A stretch of 64,000 nt of DNA from Hydrolagus affinis (GCA_012026655.1 JAAILG010000763.1:1-64000), one strand, 5' to 3'. Shown: positions 24,531 through 38,290, counted from the stretch's first letter. Made by a program: numbers and translations. Notes: generated by a model not told the origin, from the letters alone.

Positions 24531-27500
24531 TATCTTTCGCCCATCCTCCTCCCTGCCTGGCAGTGCAGATTCTTATCCTGATCTGGAAATGGAAAGATCC
24601 AGTTGCCTTGACATGCAGTCAGAGAGCCGAAGTCTTTAAAGGCTATGCCATTTCATCTTTATGTATTTGCCTGGGAAACATCACAAGCTCCCTCTCCAAC
24701 ACCAATAAAATGGATGACTCAATGAATTCTGGGAATCTTCAGTGGACCAATGCCAGCAATATGAAACGTTCCCAGTTTCTTAGTCTTAGGTTAAAAGTTC
24801 TGGATTATAGAATGGAAACATCAGCAGCAGTGCAGAATTAAAACACAATGCCAGCTAACAAATAGCAGCCCTGGAATGAGAAACAAAAAAGTAGTTAAAA
24901 GTGTTTCAGAAATGCAACTATACCTCATTACTTTCAGATAGTTTTAGAGCAATCAGCACACCTAACAATTTGGTACCCAGCATCCCAAGAGAACATACAT
25001 CACTGTCAAAATTCACTGTTATATCAATGTGGTCTAGCAGCAAAGCATGTTGATGTACCAGTGCCGTCTAGAGTAGAGTACGAGGGTGTGGGTTGATGCC
25101 CATGGATCTCCATACACTGAATTTCTGATCTATGCCAGGCTCCTAGAGGATTCCAATGAGGAGAAAGGAGCATTTCCTTACATGGAGAGCGGGTGGGAAA
25201 CAGTAGAAGCTCGAGTTACCCAGCGATGAATTACCAAACCACAAGATCATCCCAGCGGAGTGAGCACTAGCTAACATCTTGTAACAGGTTAAAGGTTTGC
25301 CTGCTGGATTGAGATTGCTGAGATGCAGAAGTAGAGAAGAGAACTATGTACTTGTCTTGAAAAATTATTTGATAATTTGCAGCTCGGGGTTACAATGCAA
25401 GATACCATTGAAATGCTACCAACCGAGACCTCTTATGCTTCAGGACAGTTGGTCTGCATTATATTGGCTTGATGTTTCGGAACCAAAGGGTTTCTTACCC
25501 ACACAGAGGTTTGCTGTCTCGGTTAACTAAGTTTAAAAAAAAATAAAGCATCTGGACAGGCAGGTGTGCTATTGCTGAAGAATGTAATTGGTTTTCTCCA
25601 ACTAAAGTAACCATTGCTCTGTGCAATAAGTAAGATTCTGTTTAAAAAAAACTGTCAGAGTGTACAACCCTCATCGGATATTAATCTAAAGACAGCTAAC
25701 TAGTCCTCTAATTCAATTTATCTTTAAGTTTTGGATCAATACAAGTGGACGGGCAAGCTGGATGCAGTTTTGCACCCTCCATTCCCAAACAGTTAGTCTA
25801 ACTCTCTGCTGTGTTCTCGGGAAAGGTGGTGAGAGGAGATGAAGTAGTCCCCTACACAGGAAGGCAAAGTCTCAGATTACTCTAATGCATGTCTTGGAGA
25901 CCATCTTAACTCTAGTATAGTTGGAAGCCTTAGGGGGATTATTTGGCCACTTTCTCAGACAGGAAATGGTGCAGGGATCTAGGTTGGGGAAAGAGACTAA
26001 AATAAACCGGCAGATGTTCAATAAAAAAAAACAAGCCTCGCTGAACACTGTAATTCAAAGCAAATTAAAAAAGGCTTCATGACACCAATCGCACTATTGA
26101 ACAGGCTCACTTTAACACAGATTGGCTGGGAAAGCACAAAGGATAAGATAAGGTAATTCAGTCACTGAAGCTCATCTCTCTGGTACATTAATTCTAAGTA
26201 TATACTGGCGAGAGTGAAACCACTTTACTTGGCCTGTCACTTCACAGTCCCAAGTGTGTTCGACATGTCACAGTTGAAGTAGGATAAAACAGTAACACGG
26301 AGCATTTAGCACTAAAAGCAGTGTCACAAAAAGATGCTTGCTTCATACCTCTAGGCTTTCCTGATCGTGTCCTGGTCCAGTACAATTGTAGTTTTATACC
26401 ATACAAGTCCTAATTTTCTCAACTAAGGGAAGTGCTGTTGAACTGTAAATACCAGACGCACTGCTGATGATTAGAAGTTCTGTACCTGCATCAAAAGCTC
26501 AATTATTTTCTATACAAACCCGGTTGAGCCTCTGGTATTTTACATATTGGTTTTGTATGATCATTTTAAGCTCAGGTAAACATTTTCATTTCCAAAGAGA
26601 AGTGTATTGAGGCTGGATTTAAGATCATTTCCTGTTCCATGCTGTATCTACAGCAGAAGCCAAAGCAGGGGGAGAGCCAGGTAATACAGAGAGTTTTAAC
26701 ATGACATTAGTTACTTAGCAAGCAGCACATTAAAGGGCAAATGGAAACATTTGCTCAGGTATTGATTCATTCGTAATCCATTCTGGCCATGGAGAGACTT
26801 ATACTGTATTACAAATGTCCAAATGATATTAGCAAAAGCATTTTGGTTTATGCAGTTACTTGGCACAATCTTCCAGATAAATAAGTCATTCATCAGATTG
26901 ATGTTTGTACGACCTTGCAAAGTGCTGCTTTTTCCTACCAAAAACAGTCAATGCAGTTGATAATCACTGTAAAGTTCTTTGAGACTTTTCAAAGTGGTAG
27001 GGTGCTATAAAAACTGCAGGTTCTCTTTCTCCTCCCCATTCTTCTTTTACTGTGTTCAAACTGAAGTAGTACGAGTCTCTGTGAGTAAAGGATTTAAGAT
27101 TCAGCGTGAGGCATTTGTGGAGTTCAGTAAATTGAAACTTTAGAGCAAGGAGTAAGCAGCTCTAAGACTTGGCAGTAAAAGCGAGGCTACATCATGGGAA
27201 AGTAGCCACTTGGAGTTAGTCAACTTTGAGGCCATCGACTTGAAAGGAAATGGTTGTGGCTGCTGTAGTATCTGGCGCGTGCTCCTGTCCGCCTAGACAG
27301 GTGGCAGTTACGTCAGCAACACATGGTCTGAAGAATCCAAAACATCAGGACCATTCCCGTTTACATCACTTGGCCACAGAGACTAAGTTTCATTCAGCGT
27401 TCTGAGGTGGTGAGTTTATTTAACTGAGAAACTGTGTTTTATTCTTTGCTCAGTCTTTCAAAGGGAAGAGAGAGAGAGAGAAAAAAATCACCAGAAGCAG

Positions 27501-27646
27501 CTGCGTCAATTATGACATGATTTGAGCGTTTCCATTAAGCGTTTGAAAACGAATTTCAGGTTACATCAATGACAACAATTAACAAAGAGAATGGCTGTAA
27601 ACAAACCCAAGGAATGACAAACCAAAAGTCCAGTGATAAGTTATAC

Positions 27647-27740
27647 TAATAATCCTTGCACTTGATATAACGCCTTATCATTGTGGAGAGGTCTCAAAAC
27701 ACTTCACAGAATGTATTGCAAAGTGGATTGACAGTGTTTT
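27647..27740 (-). mobile_element. tRNA-SINE 3' tail fragment about 35 nt from the TSR4 exon donor
   Basis: aataatccttgcacttgatataacgccttatca...cttcacagaatg. Confidence 0.8.
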
Positions 27741-27773
27741 TATCCAAAGGTAGTAACAGAGTTATATACATAC

Positions 27774-27926
27774 CTTGGACCATTCGCCTGTTCTCCATTC
27801 ATAACAGTTTGTGTAATCTTCACACTCCTCTTCCTCCCTGGGTCTCATTGCTAGATTGCATTTTCCTTGCGGATTGGTGCAAAGCACTGTTCGTTGACGG
27901 GTGCCTCTACCACAGTCTGTTGAACA
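27774..27926 (-). CDS. ADAMTS17: ADAMTS17 exon, TSR4 ([51 protein letters not shown]), phase 0-0
   Basis: ttgtag|TGT acceptor, AAG|gtatgt donor, 153 nt; absent from the ORF track. Confidence 0.95.
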
Positions 27927-28364
27927 CTACAAAAATTGGTCAATTACTTTGGGGATCAATTCTCATTGCAAAAGGAGACACTTTGCAGTGTGTAAGCTGA
28001 TAAATATTGCTGATAACTGTCACATCACAGAAAAATATATCACTTTTTTTTAAACCAGATCTTGACATTTTATCACATACAGCACTTGCTTCCTCTAAAT
28101 GACTCCTGCTGCCATTTCAATCAGGTTTGTTGATGCAAACGAATGCCCTCTCTGTTGTGTTTGCTTTGGAAGCATTTCTCTCCACTTTCCTCATCCATCC
28201 AAATTAACAGACGCATCTTGCTGTAACATGGGTGTCCCTTTGTAATATTGCTTTAGTTTGGTACATTTCAGGATGCGGCCCTACTGATCGGATTGTGCCA
28301 GTGCCTTCACGCATCAGGCGCTGGCTGCATCAACCTCCGTGGTTGTTCACTCGACCTCACCAAG

Positions 28365-29071
28365 TCGGTCAGGAACCCAGGTGTCTTGTTTGATCCTCAA
28401 CTGTCTTTCCTCCCCCACATCCAAGGTATGACTCACTCTGCATTCTCTCACCTCTGCAATATTGCCTGACTCTGCCATTGCCATTACCTCCAATGCCGCT
28501 GAAACCCTCATTCATGCCTTCGTTACATCCAGGCTTAATGCCGCTTGTTGGTCTTCCCAACTCCTGCCTCCACAGGTTGCAAATAATCCAGAACTCTGCA
28601 GCCGGCATCCTCTACTGCTTCAAGCTTCATGACCCCATCTCCTCCATCCCCACTCAACTCCATTAGCTCCCCAATTCAAGATCCTGGTCTTTAACATTCA
28701 AAGCCCTCCAAGGCCTCACCCCACCCTACATCTGTGACCCCCTACCACCCTGCCTGCCCCCCGGGGGACATGGCCTGCTCCATGTCCCCCGACCCACCCG
28801 CCCCACCATTGGCAGACGAGTCTTTAGCCACTCTGCCCCCAACCTCTGGAACTCCATCCAGCAGTCTCGCCACCTTGCCCCCTCCCTGGCCTCTTTCAGG
28901 TCCAGCCTCAAGACCCACTTCTTCGACGATCCCATCAGTCAACCCAAATCCCCCACTTTCCCTCCACCCTCCCTGTCCCCAGCTCGGGTCTGAAACAATA
29001 ACTGTCCAGCGCCTTGGGACATCTCCCCACGTGAAAGGCGCTATACAAGTGTAATTTTGTTGTTTTTGTTG
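28365..29071 (+). mobile_element. 5'-truncated L2 LINE with intact 3' tail
   Basis: LHRLQIIQNSAAGIL peptide, tail gcgccttgggacatctccccacgtgaaaggcgctatacaagtgtaattttgttg. Confidence 0.92.
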
Positions 29072-30144
29072 CAATTTAACTGACTTTCTCACTTGGACAA
29101 ACCTCTAAATGTACTCACTGCCCTTGATAGATATTCTGTTTACTGCATTTGCTCAGTAGTAGTGTGTTGACATTTTAATCTTAAGTGATTGATTTTCACT
29201 TACAAATTGTTGAAATGGTTAAACATTTGATGGCAATAGAAAAATACAACATGCATTTTTCACAGAGTGCCTTCAACTCACACCGAATCAATCACTTTTG
29301 ATTTAATGGAGCTTTTGAAAAGTTTGGTTCCTTCGTTGTTACTGGTTGAATTCAGAAACCTATAAAGAAGACCATGACCAGTTAGGATAAAGTGTTGATT
29401 TTTTTTTAACAGGACAAATGAGCTTAACTTAAATCGAAGAGATGTTAACAGTGTCATGGCATTATAAACTACTAGGGTGGGAAGGGTGGGGTGTGTATTA
29501 AAGCACCACATTTGTCTAATAATAGCTCAAATACTTTAAATGGTGAAACTAATATGATTTATTTAAAAGGATAGTGTATTCCCTGAGAAGTGTATTTTAG
29601 ACTGGATGTGCCATGTCTCGACAAATTATAGGTTGCTACTTGTAGGAAGAATGACCAGTCTGTACGTATCGATTAATGTTTAAAGAGTTATTCTTTGTGG
29701 TTATGTTGCCATAGAAGTAGAGTACACCTTTGTATTAAAGTATAAAATCTGTTCCAACTCGGACCCATACTGGCCTGAACCCTGATTCAGGAGCTACAGC
29801 TGTAGCATCAGCTGTGCTGTCTGACAATGCGTGGAACAATGACAAACGCAACACACGCATCCTGTCAGTCTTGGCTGCCTGACCTCGTCTGACCCTGGAG
29901 GAGTATGGAGCTGACTGAAGTACCAGTGTTACACCATAAAAACACAGCAATTTGTCGAGAAACAGAGGCTGTGTCAATTTGGCTATATTCCCCCGAGCCA
30001 AAGAAGTTAAGGGGATGATCTGATTGAGGCGTTTAAAATAATTAGAGGATCTGACAAGTTAAACAGGGTTTGTCTTTCTCCTTCTCCATGGGTGGGGAGT
30101 GTGTGGAGGTTCTCTTTCCCTGTGGCGTGCGTGGATATTTTACT

Positions 30145-30145
30145 T

Positions 30146-30184
<39 letters not shown>
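30145..30184. repeat. Compound (TG)n(TA)n microsatellite
   Basis: Directly visible. Confidence 0.95.
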
Positions 30185-30949
30185 GGGGTAACTCTGGAGA
30201 GTTTTCTCCCTTCTTGGAATGCAGCATGGTGATGCCAGTAATATGCTTCTCTGTAAACATTTTATTTCCTTGGATTCCAATACTGGCAGCAGATTGTAGG
30301 AAAGCACAGTTCTAAGTCCCAAATGTGGTAAATTTTATTACCTCATCCATTACTGTCCAGTTTAACCCTGTTGCCTTCCACATTTTGTACAGTGTTTTAC
30401 AGCCCGAACACATTTCTTTTCTGCTGCTTTCAATAGAGAAGTATTACACAGATAATGTTACAGAGTGAACTAAAATGGGATTGTCAGAAGTTATTCCCGT
30501 TCGCAGTATAGTTTTCTGAAAACAACACCGAGATTTTGTTGAAGAAATTGCTTTCCCAACTTAATTCCATCTGAAGCAAATTTTTAACACTGATAACTCA
30601 GTTTAAATGCTCAGAACATTAAAGCTCCTAAAAAGAGTCTGTTTGCTATTTAATGGGATCTGCATTGATTTCCAATTGGCTTTCATAGTAAAGAACTCAA
30701 TGGGGCTTCTTCTGGTAACCCGACGTACGTCTCGCATAATATGCGCTCTGAGATGCTACCCTCCACTATAAAAGTTGTTGCTGTTATGCCAATGGGAACT
30801 CAAGTCCATAAGTACATTATGTGGGATGAAGTCCCTGTGAATGACCGTGAACAATTTCCTGTTTCCTACATCGAAAAAATGGCATTAGAGATTGTTACAT
30901 ATCAGACCCCAGTTATTTTTTGGTGTGAAATATTTTGCACCCAACACAG

Positions 30950-31190
30950 CCACACACATTTAGGTAATGCTTTTACACGGGGTAGCATCTCAACGTATTT
31001 AACAGCAGAGTCTGACGCTGAGGTGGGGAGAGGTGACAGTAGACCCATTCGAAGAGGAAGGTCTTCAGGTGTGATTTGAATACAGGCAAGGAGAAGGCAA
31101 GGTGGAGGGATTGAGGCAGAGAGTTCATAAATTTCAGGTTGTAGTGGCTGAAAGCATGACCGTTGATGCTGGAGTGGAAGGTACAAGTAT
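30950..31190 (-). mobile_element. Degenerate L2 3' fragment
   Basis: HAFSHYNLKFMNSLPQSLHLAFSLPVFKSHLKTFLF is the L2 ORF2 C-terminus. Confidence 0.8.
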
Positions 31191-32139
31191 ATGGGGGGGG
31201 AAAAAAATAGGTGAAGTGATTTACAATCAGAGCCATAAGATAATTATCTCCCTTCACCTTCAACTTCAGAAACATGCCTCCAGGTATCATAGGTCTTCTT
31301 TTCCTCATAAATTTGATGCACAGAAAACAGGATCTTTGCATATGCACTCACCACCCGCCAAAGAGATCTGGGTTTCATTTCTTATCTGAAAAAACTTATG
31401 TTTTTTTTTATCCTTCCAGTGCAAATGAAAGTGTCAAGCATGATATACAGTTCTCTAAATGATCACAGGCTCTTGATAAATCAGTCCTTGTAATGGGAGT
31501 AAAATGATATCCGAATTTAAAAACTCAACATTGGTCATTCTGGTAGACATGGATGGAATGGAAACCGATATTGTTTTTCCTGCCAGACCCATTAAGATCA
31601 ATACTTGTAAGGGTTTTAACTTAAGCACAATGCCATATGTACCTTTTTACACCTTTAGAATATTAATGTAAGAAATTAAAGCAATATTGGGGCAGGTAAT
31701 AATACATTCAGAAACCTTTCTGGCTAATGTGTGGTTGGTCCCAGGAACTAATAAAAACTGACAAAGTGGTTCTTTTCATCATAGATTAAATGCATCGGTG
31801 CCTCTGTTGGTTCCAGGACAGGCTGAGTTGAGGCCAGTGCAAATGCTGTACTGAAAGGTTTGAATTTACTTTGGAGGTGCAGAAATGTACAGCAAGACCC
31901 TGGCAGTCAATTTCCCTCGGATTTAAAACGCTTGACTTATTGTGCCACTTTCCATTTACTGTACTTGCAAACTCTGTTCATTTGACACAACCTCAAGTGC
32001 TGAAGAAAAAATTGTGAACTCCTCCTAAAAAAAAGTATCACCTTCACTGAGAAGAAAGGAATTCATGAAATTTGCCATGACATTCTTCCCATTTGCAGTG
32101 AACGCACACTCCAGGCAGACTCTCTCGGGAAACCAAAGG

Positions 32140-32270
32140 CAATGTACTGCAGATACTGAAAATCTGATATAAACACAGAAGTCACTGGGGGCACACAGCA
32201 GGTTAGACAGCATCCATGGAGAGAGGAAAATGAGTTAACGCTTCAGGTCTATGACCTTTCATCAGAATTC
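32140..32270 (+). mobile_element. Fragment of a common shark-type interspersed repeat (Penelope-like terminal region)
   Basis: tactgcagatactgaaaatctga...cagcaggttagacagcatccatggagagag...gacctttcatcagaa; classification from memory. Confidence 0.55.
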
Positions 32271-32871
32271 TCAAAGGAGTCTGCCAAACAACATCTGAGC
32301 ATAACAAAAGTGCATAGGAACGCAGGAGCCCATGAAAGGCCATTAAGGTCTCATTTTCTGAAATGCCATTGTTCACATCTCTCTTATCTACAATCGCATC
32401 TCCTTGGGAATCTGTTCACCCTGTTACCCACCCTTCTCCACATAGATGGTAAATGTAAACTACCCCTGCACCTTTTCTATTTTGACTTTGAAACTGTGAG
32501 CCACCCTAATGGATTTCAAATATATTAGCTTTTTTTAAAATTAAAAAAATATTCTTTTGTCATCTGGGAAGAAAAAAATCATGAATATTTTCTCCAGTGC
32601 AAACATGCCCACTTACTGCAGTCTCTGCTTGTAGCTCAGATTCACAATCCTACTGATCATCTTGAATGTCAGTCACAATATGCTCTGCACCTCCAGAAAG
32701 GAACAAGCTGACTGATTCATTTAGGCGAGACTCAATTGCATTCAAGGACATGCTAAAATACGCCACTGGATCCATCTATATAGAGTTTGATTTTAGAAAT
32801 TCCTTAAGTATTCAATGTAATTACCCAGCCTTTAAATTTAGACAGAAGGTTTGACAGTTGAAGAAACATAC

Positions 32872-33076
32872 CTTAGACCAGTTTGAGGCTTCCCACACAG
32901 TCAAACAGTCGCGACCTTCACAGCCTTGTATTGTAGATGGCTTGCGACCAAGGCAGTAGAGATTTCTTGTGTTGACATGGGTGCCATTTTGCAACTGATA
33001 GACGCAGGTCACATTGCGGATCTGAGAGCCCTTTCCGCAGGTGCTGGAACATGGAGTCCAACTTCCCGCGACCCAC
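32872..33076 (-). CDS. ADAMTS17: ADAMTS17 exon, TSR3 ([16 protein letters not shown]...[18 protein letters not shown]), phase 2-0
   Basis: tggcag|G acceptor, AAG|gtatgt donor, 205 nt. Confidence 0.96.
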
Positions 33077-34059
33077 CTGCCAAAACAAATCCATTCCATA
33101 AGTATCACAACGCTCCTGAGAATGATAAATTCAGAATACAATTACATTTACATGGCGCCTTTCACATCTGGGAGGACGTCTCTTTTCAAAGCGCTTCATG
33201 CAGCTGACAACACTATGGGCCTTTCTGCTTCACATTCAGATCGAAGATGAAGGAAGTAGCCTTGGCATTTCTATTAAGTTTTGCCATTAATAAGAATTGA
33301 TGACCCTCTTGCTTGTTTTTTTTGTGGCGAACAAAGAGTTTAGGTCATTCATCCAAATGCATAGTGAGCCTGACTTAGCTGGAAAGGCAAGAGAAGAAAA
33401 TTCTGGCCAACAGTGTCAAGCACCATTTCATTCATGTCGTGCGGCTCGGGACCTTTTGCAAAGTTAGAGCAGTCTACCCATGTTAAATTATAAGAGGGGG
33501 AAATTAAACAGTTAGAAGAGCTATTGAAAGCCAAATGTTTGACAGCTGTACACAATACAGTTCACAGACACAATAGAGAAATGCTGCCAAACCCGCCATT
33601 CTACACAACCAGGTTCTCATTAAGTTGCAGAGCAAAAACCAGCACAATTTCAAATCAATTCCTGGCAGTATACGAGCTAATGATTCAGTTCAAAGTGGAA
33701 AAAAAAAGCTTTGTGTAACATTTTATTGTTTCATGAATCTTATATAACAACAAGTTAGATCATTTCCTTGCTATAAAAGGTCTACGACTCGATAAGAAAT
33801 ACAAACTCAGCACTTCAATTCCTGAAGTACAAATGAGCGTAAAGACTGCTTGAATTTATGATCTAGAGGCTTGTTACAAATTTCAGGGCCAACCAAGGCT
33901 GAAGAAGCCTGCAGCAAACAAAACCTCATCTTTTGCCAATTTTCCCTTCTAATGCTAATCTAACATCTGTTAAACAGTGGCTTTCCACATTGAGTTGCAT
34001 TTGTTGCATTCTTTGCAAACCCATAAATGAATGTCTCTACAAATCAAGCCATAGCCATG

Positions 34060-34560
34060 GAGGCAGGGAAATTAAAGATTGAAAGATGTTGTCCAAAGGC
34101 ACAGTTGATATTGTTTGGAAGTTTTTAAAAGAGGGAGGTCACAAATAATTTGGTGCTGAAAAAGAAGGTCAGGGCATGCTGACTTAAGACTTAATGAATA
34201 GAAGGTAACAAGCATTAGACCAGAGTTTGAAAAGTAAATATAGTGCTGGAGAAGTCTGCATGAGACTGTGGAAGGATTTGAAGCCCAAGTCAAGTGACTT
34301 AAACATATTCCTTTGAGGTACTGGGAGCCAATGGAAATTAGCCAGGATCAGGTTGATTGGTATGTGGGACAAAGTTGGACTGTAGAGTTTTCGATAATAT
34401 GAAGTTTCTTAAGAGTGGAGGTGGGGAGGCCAGCGAGGAGGAGATTGGAAAGGTATGGGTGCCAGCAACAGTGGATGTGAGGCAGTAGGCAACGTTAAAT
34501 GGTGGAAGGTGACGATATTGGCAATGAACTGAATGTGATTTCAGTGAATGCGGAATAACA
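34060..34560 (-). mobile_element. Old L2 fragment
   Basis: LILANFHWLPVPQRNMFKSL resembles the L2 LASLHWLPV..RI.FK motif. Confidence 0.75.
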
Positions 34561-34984
34561 CCCTCTTCCCAAAGGTTGGCTGCTTTATTCATGAGGTAAT
34601 TGAACAAAAACTATTTATGTGATGGAAATTGTCCTGAGAAGTCGACAATATGGTGTCAGAGTCCCTGAACTGTTTAATGAATTGGTTTCACATCTTGTTA
34701 CTTCTTTCTCCCAAGCATCTTGAGAAATCAGCCTGTGTTAATCACCCAGAAAGCGTACATCATTAATCAGTGGACATCAAACAGAAAAGAAATCTTATTT
34801 TCATTTACATGAGCCATATGTCGATCTGAAATTCTTAATCTTGCAGCCAGCCAACCAACTTATAAAAGCGACAGGAATCCCAATGAGGAAAATAAAACAT
34901 TAATCATTTGCAGGTGAAAAACACTTTGATGCTTGGGTGGCGGAAACATGCTATTAATTGTTCTCCAAAAAGCAAGAAAAATAC

Positions 34985-35372
34985 AACAACTTGCACTTAT
35001 ATAGTGCCCTCCACACAGGGTAGTCTCAGAGAGCTTAACGGCCTCCCTCTGAGCTGGGGCAAGGGAGCTGTAAACACAGTTGAGAAAAGAAGCTTTTCAA
35101 GTGAGACTTAAAGGAAGGGTGAGAGGGGGCAAGGCAGAGGGATTGTGGGAGAGTTTTCCAGAGCTTTGGAGCATGGTGGCTGAAAGTTCGACCACGGATG
35201 GTGGGGTGAAGGGTGCAAGGGATGAGCAGGAGGCCAGTGTCAGTCAGGTGTAGGCACCGAATTGGGGATTGTGGATGTCCTGGAGGTAGGGAGGTGCCAG
35301 GAAGTGAATAGATTTGAACATGAATGTGAGGATCTTGAAATCTATCCATCAGTGATGGGGAGCCAGTGGCCA
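34985..35372 (-). mobile_element. L2 3' fragment with tail
   Basis: GRTFSHHAPKLWKTLPQSL...FKSHLKSFFSQ and (caa)n tail; a plus-strand CR1 fragment follows at about 35385-35670. Confidence 0.85.
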
Positions 35373-36000
35373 TATATATATAATACTAAATGGACATAAA
35401 CCCAGAACAATACTTTCAAGTACGCCAAGGCAGCAAGACTTCATGTCACAGGTGCAGGGTTGCGAAGGCCAACTTTAGGATAGACAGGAGGACATATTTC
35501 TTGCATTTTAGTGTAAATCAACAGCTGGAATGGTTCACTAGGAATGGAGGTAGAGACCAGGGCACTGAACTCATTTAAGAAACAATACAGTGCCTTATGT
35601 ATAATCAATTTTCTGGAAATGTAAGATCAAACGGACCAAACAAAGGGCCTTCCTCTCTGATGTTTCCTCATGATGTGAGGAAATTCTTGACACAATTTCA
35701 GTTCAAATCAAACCATCAAGGCACAACAAGAAATGAAAGAGGGACAAATCAGCTGGAGGAACAAAACAACTATAGAAAAAGTGTAAAATAAAAGAATATT
35801 GTGATCTCCTTTCAGTGAATCATTCCCACATTTGTCTGAATCAACTGGGATTTCGAATTTTTAATGCTTAATATGATCTATCATCACTTGCTAGCAGTTC
35901 CTGCTCTATTGCAAAGCTGTTCAGTAACTGGTGGAATTGCTTTACACAGTGGTTACAGATCAGCAAACTGATCTCTCTTTCCGATCAAAGCGATTCTTAC

Positions 36001-36136
36001 CGTGACTGGCATGGATGCATATTGCACTTCCTGACCTGTGGCTCCGGACGGGTCATGTGCTGGCAGTCACTGTCGTTCACCACTGCCAATGTCTTGTTTA
36101 CAATTTTAGTGCAGGAGACAACAGTTCTGCGTTGTC
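36001..36136 (-). CDS. ADAMTS17: ADAMTS17 exon, TSR2 ([46 protein letters not shown]), phase 1-2
   Basis: ttttag|GA acceptor, CG|gtaaga donor, 136 nt; absent from the ORF track. Confidence 0.95.
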
Positions 36137-37587
36137 CTAAAAACAAGGAACAGTGTATTAAGAGCCGGAAATCATCCCTGGAGCATTTCAGACCTGAACT
36201 ACATTCCTAATGAAGGGAACCCATCTCCTGAGAGGAGACTAAAGCACAAACCGCAGCATCAGACTTCACGGCCTCCAAAGCATAGTGTTCAAGTTGCGAA
36301 TGGATTGATTTCACTTTTTCAATTTTCCTGACACAGCCTCAGGCAGGGGGAATCATCTTCAATAGCTCGAAAAAGATATTTCTATCCCGAGACAAGATCC
36401 GGCATTTATGCAGCACAGCAAACAATGCGCTGTGACACTGTTTCTAATACCAAGCAGTTGTAGAACTGAAGCTGGCTGAGTCATAAACTCTCTCTTAGCC
36501 AATCTGGTGAACTCCAATTAAATGTAAAACGTATCAAAATTAGAGGAGGAAATATCTAAAAAAAAATTCTGCATTGACGTTTACATGAAGGCGTTTCGGT
36601 GCATATGATATGTGCCGCAGAAAACAAAACAAGGAACTTGTACAACTGGTAGTACCCTTTATGTGGCACTTCCATTACAGTGATTTATACATCAGTTCAC
36701 TTAGGGAAGCTCTGGTAGGGGAATGGACACACAGCCATGAGGGCTGATTGCTAAATAGGGGAGGATGGACACCAGGCATTCATTGCAGAATGGGAAATGT
36801 TCCCAGATTGGTGAGGTCACACTGGCTAACCCTTGCATGAGTCACCATGCATCTGATGCCAAAATATTCTGTTTTAGAGTTAACTCGAGATAATTACATT
36901 CTGCTAGAAGAAAAAGGTCCCAAATATGCAATAATACAGTGCAATTTTCAATTCTAAAATCAAACTACACAATTGAAAATATCCAGGATGCCAGTTCGCT
37001 GACCCTGAAGTTTACCCTATGACATTTAAAAACCATAATTTTATTGCTGTTTGGTCCTTAGATGAAGCGGGGTTTGTGCTCACTAACATATGTAACTGTC
37101 TTCTCTTCTCGCACACCTTTACTATTTTACCATTATTGTCTCTAGCACTCTGGGAATAAATGCATTCCTCAATGTTATTGGTCTAGTCATAGAATGGTTT
37201 AATTCAACCAATAAATTTTTTTGCACAAATTTGCTGAGATGATCATATTCTGATGTTAACCTGATCATCGTTTCAATGTGCCATATGATATCAACACTGT
37301 GAATTAAAAAAAACACAGCACACCAAGAACAGGCTCTGCGGATTGAAGTTTTCCAACCATTTATGGGCCAGGAAACACTGGCCATGATCGTAACTTCTGC
37401 AAATCAAATGACTCCACTGTCTCCATCAAGCCAAACCAGCAAGGCTCTTGTGTCTGAGATAACAGTGCTTAGCTATCTATTTTGAATTACAATACAATCA
37501 CATCTACATAGCACCTTTCACATTGGAAGGACATCTCAAAAGCACTTAAACTATTTCAATGGCAGAAACCCAACACACACACTGTAC

Positions 37588-37747
37588 CTCCTCCGCATTG
37601 TACACTGCAGGCCTCCCAGCCAGTATTTGTCCACAAGTAAAGGGGCTCCAGTTGCTTTTCCACCTCACTCTTATTTTCCAAGGAACTATTCACAGAGATT
37701 GTATATTCATAGTGGATTCCATAACTTTGATCATGGAATAGTAGCAC
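37588..37747 (-). CDS. ADAMTS17: ADAMTS17 exon, spacer end and TSR2 start ([16 protein letters not shown]...[10 protein letters not shown]), phase 0-1
   Basis: caatag|GTG acceptor, GAG|gtacag donor, 160 nt. Confidence 0.95.
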
Positions 37748-38004
37748 CTATTGAATGGAACACAATGAAATTCTGTGAGGATGATATCTGTGGCTTGTTA
37801 GTGGAGGTGGAGATGAGAGTAGAACAACGTGGCATAAGATACTGAACCTCACGCATGGGAATGAGAGCACTCAATCCAACAACAAATAAATATGCTGACA
37901 CATGTGTTGAACAGACATAGGGATCACTACAAAAAAGTGTCTCAGGACCACTGAATGCAATCATTTTGAAGTTAACAGTATTTTCTACTTGGCTCGAGAA
38001 AGTA

Positions 38005-38290
38005 CTCTCTTGACCATACAGGTTGTAAATTTGAATCTCAATCTGTGCTTAATTACCTGTATTTAGCCAGGGTTCTTCAACTGACCTCAGTGCCTTTTAG
38101 TTTAGAGACAAGGGGAAATCAGCCAGAGTTTCCGCTCATTATCACTAACACAGGGTTCCTTGATAGGAGGTGGACATTGTATGGATGTTGAGTGAAATCA
38201 AGATCAGGCTATGGTCGAGATGTGTAACAGCACTCACTTGTCGAGGCTCAGACACATATAATGGTCACCTGGGTGAGATATCGCTGATCT
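38005..38290 (+). mobile_element. AmnSINE2-like SINE
   Basis: ggggaaatcagccagagtttccgctc...cactcacttgtcgaggctcagacac...aatggtcacctggg. Confidence 0.65.

Noticed and set aside
28369-29092. Cluster of overlapping ORFs on both strands (similar clusters at 5884-6618, 30741-31462, 46927-47398)
   Set aside because: GC-rich or decayed L2 sequence with few stops; not independent genes.
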